Assembly (NCBI GenBank): GCA_965242725.1
Contig: CBDESZ010000004.1
Span: forward strand, 192,001 to 256,000
Length of the DNA stretch: 64,000 nt
Direction: 5' to 3'
DNA from: Alkalispirochaeta sp.
GTDB taxonomy: Bacteria; Spirochaetota; Spirochaetia; DSM-27196; Alkalispirochaetaceae
How positions within the stretch are numbered: position 1 is the first letter of the stretch; the number at the start of each line of letters is the position of its first letter. Both the position numbers and the translations under genes were made by a program. A model generated the notes under the pieces. The model searched no databases and was not told the DNA's origin. It saw only the letters and a list, made by a program, of their open reading frames with translations. Below, piece after piece: positions 9,017 to 18,570 of the stretch.

Positions 9017-11177
9017 CCGCCGGGCGGTGGTGCGCCGGCACAATCCCGTTTTGATTGGTCCCGATCCGCGCTCTCCCCTCAGTGTCGGGAACGGTGAGCT
9101 GACCTATACCGCCGACATCACCGGTTTTCAGAACTTCGGCGGGGAGGTGCCGTTGTGTACGATGACGCAATGGGGGTTTCACAGCTATCCGTCGTCCCTC
9201 TCCCGGGAGGAGCGGTACCGGCGTCTCAGGAGACGGATGTATCAAACCGGTTCCCGGTGGGTGGGGTACATGAGCGACTCCTCCGGGCAGGAAGAGCTCT
9301 TCCGGGAGTTGCGGGTGTCCCCCCATCGGGCAAATCTGGTACGGATTTCCCTCGTCGAAGCGGGGACTGACGGCGCACGCCTGTTACTCCGGGAGTGTGA
9401 AGGGTTTCGACAGCGTCTCGACTTGTGGGAGGGTGCCATCGACAGCACATTCACCTGCAAGGGCGGGTCAGTCAGGACGGCGGTGGTCTGCCATCCCCGG
9501 CGCGACGCACTGGCGTTCACCATTGAAATTCCGGAAAACGAAAATCGGCGAATGGAGGTCGAGCTTGCTTTTCCCTATCCGTCGCCGCAAATTGACGGAT
9601 CCGACTGGTCCGCCGACGCCGACGGACGTCACGAGACGCAGGTGTATCGGACGGCGATAAAGGGCGTATATGCGATCGGCCGGCGGGTGGACGATTTTGT
9701 ATATACCCTCGTCGTCCGGCTCGGTCCGTTCGGGTATATCCGGGAAACGGGGCCTCACCGATGCGTGGTGGGAAGCCGTTCCGTGACGACGGCGTTTACC
9801 GCGGAATTTCTTCCCGGGTCGCCGCCGATGGAACTCCCCGTCGATGTCGCCCCCGATTGGGACCGCTGCCGTCACGATGCGGCGGACCATTGGGAGAGCT
9901 TCTGGAGTACCGGCGCATTCATCGATCTTGGCGGGAGCAGCGATGATCGCGCGGAAGAGCTGGAACGGCGGATCATCCTTTCCCGCTACCTGACGGCGAT
10001 CCAATGCGCCGGTTCCCTGCCGCCCCAGGAGACGGGGCTGACCTGTAACAGCTGGTACGGGAAGTTTCACCTGGAGATGCACCCATGGCACGCCCTCCAT
10101 TTTCCTCTCTGGGGACAGCCCGACCTTCTTGCAAAAAGCATGGACTTTTATCTGCGGATCGCCGACGCGGCGCGGGATCGAGCCGCAGAACAGGGATATG
10201 CCGGCCTGCGTTGGCCAAAGATGACCGATCCCGAGGGATATGACAGTCCCTCGGAGATCGGAACGCTCCTTTGCTGGCAGCAGCCCCACTTCATCGTTAT
10301 GGCGGAGCTTCTCTACCGGTGGGCGTTGAAGGCACCTGCACGCAAAACGGGAGCGGGCGAGGATCTGCTCAACAGATACGCTCCCCTTGTCTTTGAAAGT
10401 GCCGAATTTATGGCCGCCTACGCCCGCCTGGAAAACGTTGCACCCGATGTCGCTGCGACAAACGGCGCCACGCCGGACGCTGGAACGCCCTTTCCCGCCG
10501 GCTCCGACGCGCGATTTCACCTCGGCCCACCGGTGATTCCTGCACAGGAAAATCACGATCCCGGGGCAACGGTGGACCCCCTCTTTGAGGTGGAGTACTG
10601 GCGTCTCGGTCTGGAAATTGCGGCGGCGTGGAAACGACGGGTCGGCCAAAGGGTTCCGGACCGGTGGGAGGCGGTGCGCAGGAGACTCGCCGATCCATCT
10701 CTGGACCGAAAGACCGGCGCCTACGCCGCACACGCCGCCTGTAACGACACCTACGGCGCCTACGCGACGGATCATCCCTCATTCCTGATCGCCGGAAGCT
10801 ATTTCCAGGGGGAACGTATCGATCCCGATATCATGAACCGGTCTCTTGATGCGGTGCTGCGTCACTGGGATTTTGATTCCGCCTGGGGGTGGGACTTTCC
10901 GGTCATGGCAATGGTCGCCGCCCGACTCGGACGTCCCGGGGAAGCGGTCTCGTTTCTCCTAATGGATGCACAGAAGAACACGTATCTGCCCAACGGACAT
11001 AACGCGCAACTGCCGAAAAGCGACCTGCCGATTTACCTGCCCGGAAACGGCGCACTCCTGACCGCAGTCGCCATGATGGCCGGCGGGTGGAAGGGTTCGG
11101 TCGCGGAGGCACCGGGATTCCCGAAGGACGGCTCATGGGTCGTCGACTGTGAGGGATTCTTTCCGCTGCCGTATTGA
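9006..11177 (+). CDS. Uncharacterised six-hairpin (alpha/alpha)6 glycoside hydrolase (GH65/GH95-like)
   Basis: IDRRAVVRRHNP, LSVGNG, PPQETGLTCNSWYGKFHLEM, RWPKM, WGWDFP, YLPGNGALL motifs. Start overlaps the end of GH43. Confidence 0.7.
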   Translation: MAIDRRAVVRRHNPVLIGPDPRSPLSVGNGELTYTADITGFQNFGGEVPLCTMTQWGFHSYPSSLSREERYRRLRRRMYQTGSRWVGYMSDSSGQEELFRELRVSPHRANLVRISLVEAGTDGARLLLRECEGFRQRLDLWEGAIDSTFTCKGGSVRTAVVCHPRRDALAFTIEIPENENRRMEVELAFPYPSPQIDGSDWSADADGRHETQVYRTAIKGVYAIGRRVDDFVYTLVVRLGPFGYIRETGPHRCVVGSRSVTTAFTAEFLPGSPPMELPVDVAPDWDRCRHDAADHWESFWSTGAFIDLGGSSDDRAEELERRIILSRYLTAIQCAGSLPPQETGLTCNSWYGKFHLEMHPWHALHFPLWGQPDLLAKSMDFYLRIADAARDRAAEQGYAGLRWPKMTDPEGYDSPSEIGTLLCWQQPHFIVMAELLYRWALKAPARKTGAGEDLLNRYAPLVFESAEFMAAYARLENVAPDVAATNGATPDAGTPFPAGSDARFHLGPPVIPAQENHDPGATVDPLFEVEYWRLGLEIAAAWKRRVGQRVPDRWEAVRRRLADPSLDRKTGAYAAHAACNDTYGAYATDHPSFLIAGSYFQGERIDPDIMNRSLDAVLRHWDFDSAWGWDFPVMAMVAARLGRPGEAVSFLLMDAQKNTYLPNGHNAQLPKSDLPIYLPGNGALLTAVAMMAGGWKGSVAEAPGFPKDGSWVVDCEGFFPLPY

Positions 11178-11266
11178 AGGAAAAAATGCGCGTTCTTTCG
11201 GACAACGCGATTTCGGTAGATTCCGGGCTACCAACAACACCGGGAGAGCCGACTCCCACCGGCGTT

Positions 11267-11288
11267 CAAGTGTGACGTGTCACACTTG
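11267..11288. repeat. Inverted repeat between convergent genes, similar to the operator at 12427
   Basis: CAAGTGTGAC-GT-GTCACACTTG (10-bp perfect arms). Confidence 0.6.
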
Positions 11289-11310
11289 CGGCCCCGGGGT
11301 ACCTTCATTT

Positions 11311-12375
11311 TCAGGTTGATTCACGGACAATTAATGCGGGATGGGGCGGGTGGATGACCGACACATCCGGGGGAGTATCGGTAATGAGGGAGTTGATCAT
11401 TGCAACCGCCCGCAACCCAAGATCGGTGGAATCAAACTCAACAGTCGTCAAACCGGGTGATACAAATGCGGAGTACGTCATATTATCCGTTCCGACAATC
11501 GCCACATCGTCAGGTACGGATACGCCGTGTTCCCGAAGGGCGGCGAGGATGGGAAGGGCATAATCGTCGCTGTAGGCATAGAGGGCGGTTGGCCGGCGGG
11601 GCATGGTCAGGAATGCGCGGACAAACTCCCGCGCCCCGGACATATCGGGACGAATACTCGCTTCCGGCCATGGCAGCGTCACAATTTCGCCGGATGTGTG
11701 ATAGCGCATCGCCCGCTCCATGCCGCCGTATCGAATGCGGAAGGGACGGCTCTGAACGGGATCTGAGGGTTTGAGGATCGCGATACGTCCGTGGCCCCGT
11801 TCAAGAAGGTGGGAACAGGCGAGGTAGCCCACTTCTTCCACCGGAACCCGGAGCGTGACGAACTCTTCATGGTCTTCAACGTCCAGGACGAGAATTCTCG
11901 CCACTCCCTTGGACAGTGCAAGAGCGATATCGTCCCGGCCGAGATCCAGCCCTCCGCAGAAAAGGCCGAAAGGTCGCCGGCTGAGAAGCATGTGATAGGT
12001 ATTTCGCATCCGTTCGCCGTCGTCATAGGAATTGAAGGAGTATTGGACGGGCATGCAGCCGTTGGCCAGCCCCTTTTCATGAATCGTACCGATCATTTCA
12101 TTGATTCGCGGCGTGTACGGTGCGGGAAAGAATATGCTGAACTCGTTGGAGTATCCTCGTCGTAACGCCTGCGCCGACAGGTGGGGGCGATATCCCAGTT
12201 CCTCCGCCGCCGCGATGATGCGACGGCGTTTGGCTTCGCTGACATGGGAACCCTGATCGCCGTTCAGTACATATGAAACCTGTGTTCTTGATACACCGGC
12301 GCGCGCGGCAACATCCTTTGCCGTAGGTCGACTGATCGCTGATCCGTCGGGGACTCCGTCGTCTTTTTTCTTCAT
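11311..12375 (-). CDS. LacI-family transcriptional regulator
   Basis: TAKDVAARAGVSRTQVSYVLNG HTH; VPDDVAIVGTDN and PGLTTV in the effector domain. Confidence 0.95.
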   Translation of the reverse strand: MKKKDDGVPDGSAISRPTAKDVAARAGVSRTQVSYVLNGDQGSHVSEAKRRRIIAAAEELGYRPHLSAQALRRGYSNEFSIFFPAPYTPRINEMIGTIHEKGLANGCMPVQYSFNSYDDGERMRNTYHMLLSRRPFGLFCGGLDLGRDDIALALSKGVARILVLDVEDHEEFVTLRVPVEEVGYLACSHLLERGHGRIAILKPSDPVQSRPFRIRYGGMERAMRYHTSGEIVTLPWPEASIRPDMSGAREFVRAFLTMPRRPTALYAYSDDYALPILAALREHGVSVPDDVAIVGTDNMTYSAFVSPGLTTVEFDSTDLGLRAVAMINSLITDTPPDVSVIHPPHPALIVREST

Positions 12376-12426
12376 CTTTTTGTTGACGTAATTGTGATCT
12401 CGCCGCATACTTTGGTCAAGCAGAAA

Positions 12427-12440
12427 GTGACACGTGTCAC
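12427..12440. promoter_or_regulatory. Candidate LacI operator (perfect 14-bp palindrome)
   Basis: GTGACACGTGTCAC with central CG, between the divergent LacI gene and the sugar ABC operon. Confidence 0.7.
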
Positions 12441-12464
12441 AACGAATTCGAAGGAGGACTTGAA

Positions 12465-13460
12465 ATGAGGCGTTTTCTGATTATCACGGTGGGGGCATTC
12501 CTGTTGTGCGGCGGTCTCGTATTTGCCGCGGGGGGACAGGAGGGTCGAAGTGTGGATATCGGTTACAGCGTGCCTGATACGACCAACCCCTTTCTCGGTT
12601 GGTTGACGTCGGAGGTGCAGAAGCTCGCCGAAGAGGATGGGCTGACCGTCCAGATTGCCGATGCGGGGAACAACCCGGTACGTCAAATAGAACAGATCGA
12701 GAACTTTATCGCCATGGGGGTGAAGGTTATTGCAATCATGCCTATCGATCCCAATAACGTGCAGGATGTCATCCGCCGCGCCCGGGAGCGGGGAGTCAAG
12801 GTCCTTGTCGCGGGAACGGACACCTCCGTATATGACGTCATGATGAATATGGATCAGTACAACGCGGGAGAACAGATTGCAGAAATGGCGATCGACTGGA
12901 TGGTGGAAACCTTCTCTTCCGACGGTACCGCATCCGGTCTACCCGACGGCGCGGATCGACCGAAGGTTATCGTTCTGAAGTGTACTGAAACGGTGGATAT
13001 GACCAATCGGTCTGAAGGAATGGTCGATGCCATTACCGAATGGGGTCATGCAGACGTGGTGATCGCCACCGCCGAGGCGCGAACCGCCGCTGCGGCGACG
13101 GATGTCATGGAAAACATGTGGCAACAAAACAGTGACGCCGATGCCGTAATCGCCTATAACGCCGACGGCGCGCTTGGTGTCAACGAGTATATCATGGGCC
13201 AATCCGGTATCGACCGGTCCCGTTTTGCGGTGTTTGCGGGAGACTGGTCACCTCCTATACAGGAAGTGCTCGATGGGTCCGCCCAAAATGAATCGGTATT
13301 TCGCGGAACGATGCAAATTGTCGGGCCTCAAATCAACGGCGAACAGGTACCGCTGGAAGAGGCGACATATATGCTTCTCAAGGACCTCTATGACGGGAAT
13401 TTGAGCTACGGCAGCGTCATCACCGACGCGATCAAGAAAGCCTATCCCGGGGATAATTGA
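12465..13460 (+). CDS. Monosaccharide ABC transporter substrate-binding protein (RbsB-like)
   Basis: Signal peptide ending FAAGGQE; NPF and QIEQIENFIAMGV motifs. Confidence 0.9.
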   Translation: MRRFLIITVGAFLLCGGLVFAAGGQEGRSVDIGYSVPDTTNPFLGWLTSEVQKLAEEDGLTVQIADAGNNPVRQIEQIENFIAMGVKVIAIMPIDPNNVQDVIRRARERGVKVLVAGTDTSVYDVMMNMDQYNAGEQIAEMAIDWMVETFSSDGTASGLPDGADRPKVIVLKCTETVDMTNRSEGMVDAITEWGHADVVIATAEARTAAAATDVMENMWQQNSDADAVIAYNADGALGVNEYIMGQSGIDRSRFAVFAGDWSPPIQEVLDGSAQNESVFRGTMQIVGPQINGEQVPLEEATYMLLKDLYDGNLSYGSVITDAIKKAYPGDN

Positions 13461-13479
13461 CGGGCATCTCACGGATACG

Positions 13480-13499
13480 CGCCGTCCTTCGGGACGGCG
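13480..13499 (+). terminator. Intercistronic hairpin with C(UUCG)G tetraloop
   Basis: CGCCGTCC-TTCG-GGACGGCG directly after the SBP gene. Confidence 0.55.
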
Positions 13500-13514
13500 T
13501 TATCAGAGGTATCA

Positions 13515-15008
13515 ATGAAACCGATTTTGTCCCTTAAAAACATTACGAAATCATACCCCGGTGTGATCGCCCTTCACGATGTGTCGATGACGGTTGCCTC
13601 GGGAGAGGTGCACGCGCTGCTCGGCGAAAACGGCGCCGGTAAGTCGACGCTGATTAAAGTCATATCCGGCGCGGTAACGCCGGACTGCGGAACGATTACC
13701 ATTGACGGAACGGACTATTCCGCTCTGACGCCGCACACCTCCCGGGAGGAAGGAATAGAGGTAATTTATCAGGAGTTTAACCTGGTGGAGACACTTTCCG
13801 CGGCTGAAAACATCAGTCTGGGCATCCGTCACGGGAAATTTGTCGATTTCAAGGCGATGGAACGGGTTGCCCGGGAGATTTTCCGCGATTTTTCAGTCGA
13901 TATTGATCCCTCGGCGCTGGTCAGGGATCTCCCGACGTCGCATCAGCAAATTGTTGAAATCGCCAAGGCCGTTTCCCGTAATGCCCGCCTCCTGATTATG
14001 GATGAGCCGACGGCACCGCTTACCGTTTCAGAAGTGGATACACTCTTTCGAATCATACGAGACGCCAGGAAACGGGGCGTCACGATCATCTATATTTCCC
14101 ACAGGATAGACGAGATATTTGCAATCGCGGACCGGGTGACCGTGTTACGGGACGGCCGGTACATTTCCACTCTGCCTACCGTGGAAACCGACCGCAAGCA
14201 TCTCGTATCGCTCATGGTCGGAAGAGAATTGACCGAATCCTATCCCCCGCGACGGGACCACGCGTCCCGGGTTGTCCTGGAATTACGAAATGTGACGGGG
14301 AACGGTGTGCGTGACGTGACCTTTTCCCTTCATCAGGGAGAAGTGCTCGGGCTCGGAGGTCTTGTCGGTGCCGGCAGAACGGAACTGGCGAAAGTCCTCT
14401 ACGGTGCGGCGCCCTTGGAATCGGGAGAAATAGTCGTGGAAGGTTCTTCGTCCCCGATTACTGCCCCTCACGATGCGATATCCCGGGGCATCGGTCTCAT
14501 ACCAGAGAACCGAAAGGAAGAGGGGTGCTTCATCGACCAGACGGTCAGGTGGAATATAAGCATCATGGCGATCCGTCAGCTCGCCCGGAGGGGAATCGTT
14601 GACAGGAAGGCCGAAGACAACCGTGCGATGGAATACCACGATCTTCTGCAGATAAAGACGCCGTCATTGTCGCAGAAGGTATTGCATCTCAGCGGCGGAA
14701 ATCAGCAGAAAGTCGTTATCGGCAAGGTGCTTGCGTCCAACTCACGAATCCTCATTTTCGACGAACCGACCAGGGGAATCGACGTCGGGGCGCGGCAGGA
14801 AATCTATAGGCTCATGGCATCTCTCGCGGAAGAGGGATGTTCGATAATCATGATCACATCCGATATGGAAGAACTATTAGGAATGTCCGACAGAATTGTC
14901 GTTCTCCACGAAGGTCGCGTGAACGGGATACTGGAGCGCGGGGAATTTTCTCAGGAACGGGTGCTTGAGCTGGCATCGGGAATGACACAACAGGAGGAAG
15001 CAGTATGA
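13515..15008 (+). CDS. Monosaccharide ABC transporter ATP-binding protein (RbsA/MglA-like)
   Basis: GENGAGKST, MDEPT, LSGGNQQKV, DEPTRGIDVGA. Confidence 0.97.
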   Translation: MKPILSLKNITKSYPGVIALHDVSMTVASGEVHALLGENGAGKSTLIKVISGAVTPDCGTITIDGTDYSALTPHTSREEGIEVIYQEFNLVETLSAAENISLGIRHGKFVDFKAMERVAREIFRDFSVDIDPSALVRDLPTSHQQIVEIAKAVSRNARLLIMDEPTAPLTVSEVDTLFRIIRDARKRGVTIIYISHRIDEIFAIADRVTVLRDGRYISTLPTVETDRKHLVSLMVGRELTESYPPRRDHASRVVLELRNVTGNGVRDVTFSLHQGEVLGLGGLVGAGRTELAKVLYGAAPLESGEIVVEGSSSPITAPHDAISRGIGLIPENRKEEGCFIDQTVRWNISIMAIRQLARRGIVDRKAEDNRAMEYHDLLQIKTPSLSQKVLHLSGGNQQKVVIGKVLASNSRILIFDEPTRGIDVGARQEIYRLMASLAEEGCSIIMITSDMEELLGMSDRIVVLHEGRVNGILERGEFSQERVLELASGMTQQEEAV

Positions 15009-15994
15009 ATCTGCGCACAGGTGCATCTGAGATTTTACGAAAATACGCAATTCCGCTGGTGCTGGCGGGGCTGATAGTGCTCTTCACCATTGCGTCACCC
15101 TATTTTTTCACCCTGCAGAATCTGACAAATATCTTTGTACAGCAGTCCTATGTCATCATCGCTGCGGTGGGACTCTCTTTCGTCATGATCGGCGGGGGAA
15201 TGGATCTTTCAATCGGGTATCAAATATCCCTTGTGGGTGTCACGACGGCGGCGCTTGTGAAATGGTACGGAATTCCTCTCCCTGTGGCCATCATCAGCGG
15301 GCTGCTTCTCGGTGTTCTCCTTGGAGTATTCAATGGATATGCAGCCATCAAGTTAAAGGTCCACACCCTGATTGTCACTCTTGGGACGATGACCGTCTAT
15401 CAGGGGTTGTCGTACGTCGTTTCACGGCAAAGCGTCATACTCAATTTGCCGCCGGCGTTCAAATACTTCGGGCAGGGATACATTTTCGGCGTCATTCCCT
15501 TCAGTGTTATTTTGATGGTGGTTACCGTTGCAATCGGCAGCTTCGTCCTCAATCGCACATACCTCGGACGGTTTATCTATGCCGTCGGCGGAAATGAAGA
15601 AGCTGCACGCCTCGCCGGCATCGACGTCAACAGGACGAAAATACTGATTTTCACAATTTCCGGGTTCTTTGTTGCCGTTGCGGCACTCGTCCTCTTCGGT
15701 CGGGCCGGATCAGCCGCATCAACGACCGGTCCCGGTACCGAATTTTCCGCCATAACCGCCGCGTTTCTCGGCGGCATCTCCTTCAAGGGTGGGGAAGGAA
15801 AGATCAGCGGGCTGGTGGCGGGTGTTCTCATTCTCGGGGTATTGGGAAACGGCATGCAGCTGATTGGTATGGGAACGTATTCCCAGTATATCGTGCGGGG
15901 ATTTGTCCTCCTTGCGGCGGTTGGTTTTGATGTCTATCAGAAGACGGTGGACCGGTCGACGGCATCGTCACTCACGTCATCGGAAGCGGCGTAG
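15005..15994 (+). CDS. Monosaccharide ABC transporter permease (RbsC-like)
   Basis: GGMDLSIG and YAVGGNEEAARLAGI motifs. Confidence 0.95.
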   Translation: MNLRTGASEILRKYAIPLVLAGLIVLFTIASPYFFTLQNLTNIFVQQSYVIIAAVGLSFVMIGGGMDLSIGYQISLVGVTTAALVKWYGIPLPVAIISGLLLGVLLGVFNGYAAIKLKVHTLIVTLGTMTVYQGLSYVVSRQSVILNLPPAFKYFGQGYIFGVIPFSVILMVVTVAIGSFVLNRTYLGRFIYAVGGNEEAARLAGIDVNRTKILIFTISGFFVAVAALVLFGRAGSAASTTGPGTEFSAITAAFLGGISFKGGEGKISGLVAGVLILGVLGNGMQLIGMGTYSQYIVRGFVLLAAVGFDVYQKTVDRSTASSLTSSEAA

Positions 15995-16021
15995 TTCCGT
16001 CGGTGAGGCGGGTATACCGGT

Positions 16022-16195
16022 ATGAGACATGTGTTTATTGCCTCCGTTGTCGGGGTGGCAATCGGAGTAATCTTTAAATCTCTCAAGCTTCCCGTGCCCG
16101 TACCACACGGCATCGCCGGTCTTGCCGGGTTGATTGGTATGTTTGTGGGAAGCGAATTGTTCTCAATGGTCATCAGGACAATACAGAAAGGGTGA
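16022..16195 (+). CDS. XapX-domain (DUF1427-like) small membrane protein, 57 aa
   Basis: Manual translation MRHVFIASVVGVAIGVIFKSLKLPVPVPHGIAGLAGLIGMFVGSELFSMVIRTIQKG. The LP.P.P...AGL.G..G hairpin is typical. Below the ORF-track size cutoff. Confidence 0.75.
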   Translation: MRHVFIASVVGVAIGVIFKSLKLPVPVPHGIAGLAGLIGMFVGSELFSMVIRTIQKG

Positions 16196-16198
16196 ACA

Positions 16199-17083
16199 GT
16201 GAATAAGGAAGTTGCAGAGGTGATGGTCCGCCCTCCGGCGGAGATCGCATGGGTAGAACGCAGGGGATACAACATCCCCTATGCGACTGAATCGCCCTAT
16301 CAAATGCTCGACGTCTACCTGCCGGAAGGGGAGGGGCCATATCCCGTCATCGTGGCGATTCACGGCGGGGCGTGGATGCACTGCGACAAATCGGACGATC
16401 AGGTGCAGCCCATGCTGGAGGGGCTGAAACGGGGATATGCAGTAGTCGCGGTCAACTACCGGTTGAGTCACGTCGCAACCTTTCCCGCCCAGGTCCACGA
16501 CATCAAATGTGCGATACGGTGGGTCCGTGCCCACGCGGGACAGCTGAATTTCGATACTGAAAGAATTGCCTGCTGGGGCGGTTCCGCAGGGGCCCATCTT
16601 GCCGCACTGGCGGGTACGACGGGAGACGGTCCCTTTCTGTCCGACCGGTCCATGGGGTGGTCCGAATTTTCCGAGGAGGTCCACGCCGTCGTTTTCTGGT
16701 TTGGCCCTACCGATTTTCTGAAAATGGACGAGTATCTGGCCGCACGCGGTCTTGGACCGCGGGACCATGGTCAAGCAGATTCCCCGGAATCACGTCTCCT
16801 GGGTGCCCCTATCGCCGAGGTACCCGATCGTGTCAGCGCCGCCAACCCCGAGACCTATGTGACCCCACAAACGCCGCCCTTTCTCCTGCAGCATGGAACG
16901 ATGGATGCAACGGTCCCCGTTCAACATTCCATTTCCTTTGCCGAAATGTTGCGACAGGTGGTTGGAGACAAAAAAGTGCAACTCCATCTCCTGGATGGCG
17001 CCGTACATGCGGATCCTCAATTTGAATCTCCGGAAAACGTAAAGGTCGTGCTGGATTTCCTCGATTTCCACCTCCGGCGATAA
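16199..17083 (+). CDS. Alpha/beta hydrolase (HSL-like carbohydrate esterase)
   Basis: HGGAW oxyanion motif, GGSAG nucleophile, HGTMD..VP and GAVH. Confidence 0.92.
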   Translation: MNKEVAEVMVRPPAEIAWVERRGYNIPYATESPYQMLDVYLPEGEGPYPVIVAIHGGAWMHCDKSDDQVQPMLEGLKRGYAVVAVNYRLSHVATFPAQVHDIKCAIRWVRAHAGQLNFDTERIACWGGSAGAHLAALAGTTGDGPFLSDRSMGWSEFSEEVHAVVFWFGPTDFLKMDEYLAARGLGPRDHGQADSPESRLLGAPIAEVPDRVSAANPETYVTPQTPPFLLQHGTMDATVPVQHSISFAEMLRQVVGDKKVQLHLLDGAVHADPQFESPENVKVVLDFLDFHLRR

Positions 17084-17202
17084 TCGCACGGCAGACGGTT
17101 TACATTTTCACCCGAGTTAGGTAAGACTAACTAAAACGGTAAGGTATTTGTCGGTACACCATCCGGCGGATCTGGCGATATGAGTGGTGAAAAGGAAAAC
17201 CC

Positions 17203-18555
17203 ATGAGATACGAACCGACGGGCAGACGGAAAATCATCGAGGACGCGCACCGGAAACGTCTGAAGGAGCATATTCAACGGGGAGGGGTCTCCCTTACCGT
17301 TGTGGAGAAGGAGCGACTCGACCCTACCGCTCCCGATCACGTGACCCTGCGGATAGGGTTTGAAGGGAAGGACCCCCATGGAGCGCCGGTCTTCACCGGC
17401 GGTCCGTCCTCCCGGGACTTCGGCGCGGTACCGGCCGACCGGGAACGGGCGGTACACGCCGCGCCGAATGACTATCTCCTTCTGCGCTGGCACAACACGC
17501 CGGATGCCGTCACGACGCTGATTCATCAGCTCGGCGATGATCCGGACCGTCCGGTCACGGTGAATACCTTTCACAGCGAGCTTTTCCCCGGCAGGACCGT
17601 CTCCGTACCCCTCAGGAAGGCGCTTTCGGACCACGTGGAGGCCCGCATTGCGGGTGTACCGTTGCTTGAGCGCTACAATTTGCACAACCTCGCCAAATCT
17701 GCCCGGGCCGGTCGTTCCCTCATGAAGGACTTCTATCGCATGGCCGACGGGGTGATCCCACCTGACGGCGGTAAGTCGCTTCCCCCGGGACGGGACGTTT
17801 CCCTGTCCGCCGTTATTGACTCCCTGAACGGTACCGCTCCCGATACGGAGACACTTTTTTCCCTGCAACCCCGAATCGCCTATCGGCCGTATACGATGAG
17901 TTCCTTCCGTAGAACAGGGGATAACCGTTTTTATGCAGAGATCACCGTAAGTGTCGTCACCCGGGAGCTCTTTGACGTGGACGGTACCGCCCGGACGGCG
18001 CCCGGCAGGGCAACATCGTACATCTCCACCCTGGAACCGGGGGATGTGACCACGGGGTATATTCTTCCCGACCGCCATCAGTTTCCTCAAACCCGTGCCG
18101 TCAACGCTCCCCTCATCGTGGTGAGTACCGGCGCCGGAATCGCCGGTCCCCTCTCGCTGCTTCGGGCGGGATATCACGGGGGGCCTCTCTGGGTCATCGA
18201 CGGCGTCCGCGACGGCGGGAGGAATCTTCTCTACGGTTCGGAACTGAAACGGTATGCATCGGATGGAACAATTGCCCGTCTGGATATCGCGGAATCCCGC
18301 CCCTCCCGGGAGGGGAGCAGGCCCCGACGGGTAACGGACATTCTCAACGAAAATCGGGAGGAACTGCTCCGCTGGCTTGACGACGGCGCCCATCTGTTTC
18401 TCAGTGGACAGCTCTCCATGGGAGTTTCCGTGAACAGCACTCTTGTTGATATCCTTGCCCGGTCGAAATATGACGGCGACCGGGACCGGGGATACCGGCA
18501 GCTACGGAGATGGTACGAAGACCAACGCTTTCAGGCGTCGGTCTCCCGGGTATGA
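17203..18555 (+). CDS. FNR-superfamily flavoprotein (CysJ / P450-reductase-like FAD and NAD(P) domains, no flavodoxin domain)
   Basis: RPYTMSS, GRATSYI, STGAGIAG, AESR and HLFLSG match diflavin-reductase C-terminal motifs in divergent form. Confidence 0.65.
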   Translation: MRYEPTGRRKIIEDAHRKRLKEHIQRGGVSLTVVEKERLDPTAPDHVTLRIGFEGKDPHGAPVFTGGPSSRDFGAVPADRERAVHAAPNDYLLLRWHNTPDAVTTLIHQLGDDPDRPVTVNTFHSELFPGRTVSVPLRKALSDHVEARIAGVPLLERYNLHNLAKSARAGRSLMKDFYRMADGVIPPDGGKSLPPGRDVSLSAVIDSLNGTAPDTETLFSLQPRIAYRPYTMSSFRRTGDNRFYAEITVSVVTRELFDVDGTARTAPGRATSYISTLEPGDVTTGYILPDRHQFPQTRAVNAPLIVVSTGAGIAGPLSLLRAGYHGGPLWVIDGVRDGGRNLLYGSELKRYASDGTIARLDIAESRPSREGSRPRRVTDILNENREELLRWLDDGAHLFLSGQLSMGVSVNSTLVDILARSKYDGDRDRGYRQLRRWYEDQRFQASVSRV

Positions 18556-18570
18556 CGGTCTCCCGGTGGA

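Noticed and set aside
9468..10775. Long antisense ORFs such as 9468-10775, 17131-18393 and 3304-4194
   Set aside because: They lie opposite well-supported genes in GC-rich DNA and show no recognisable motifs.
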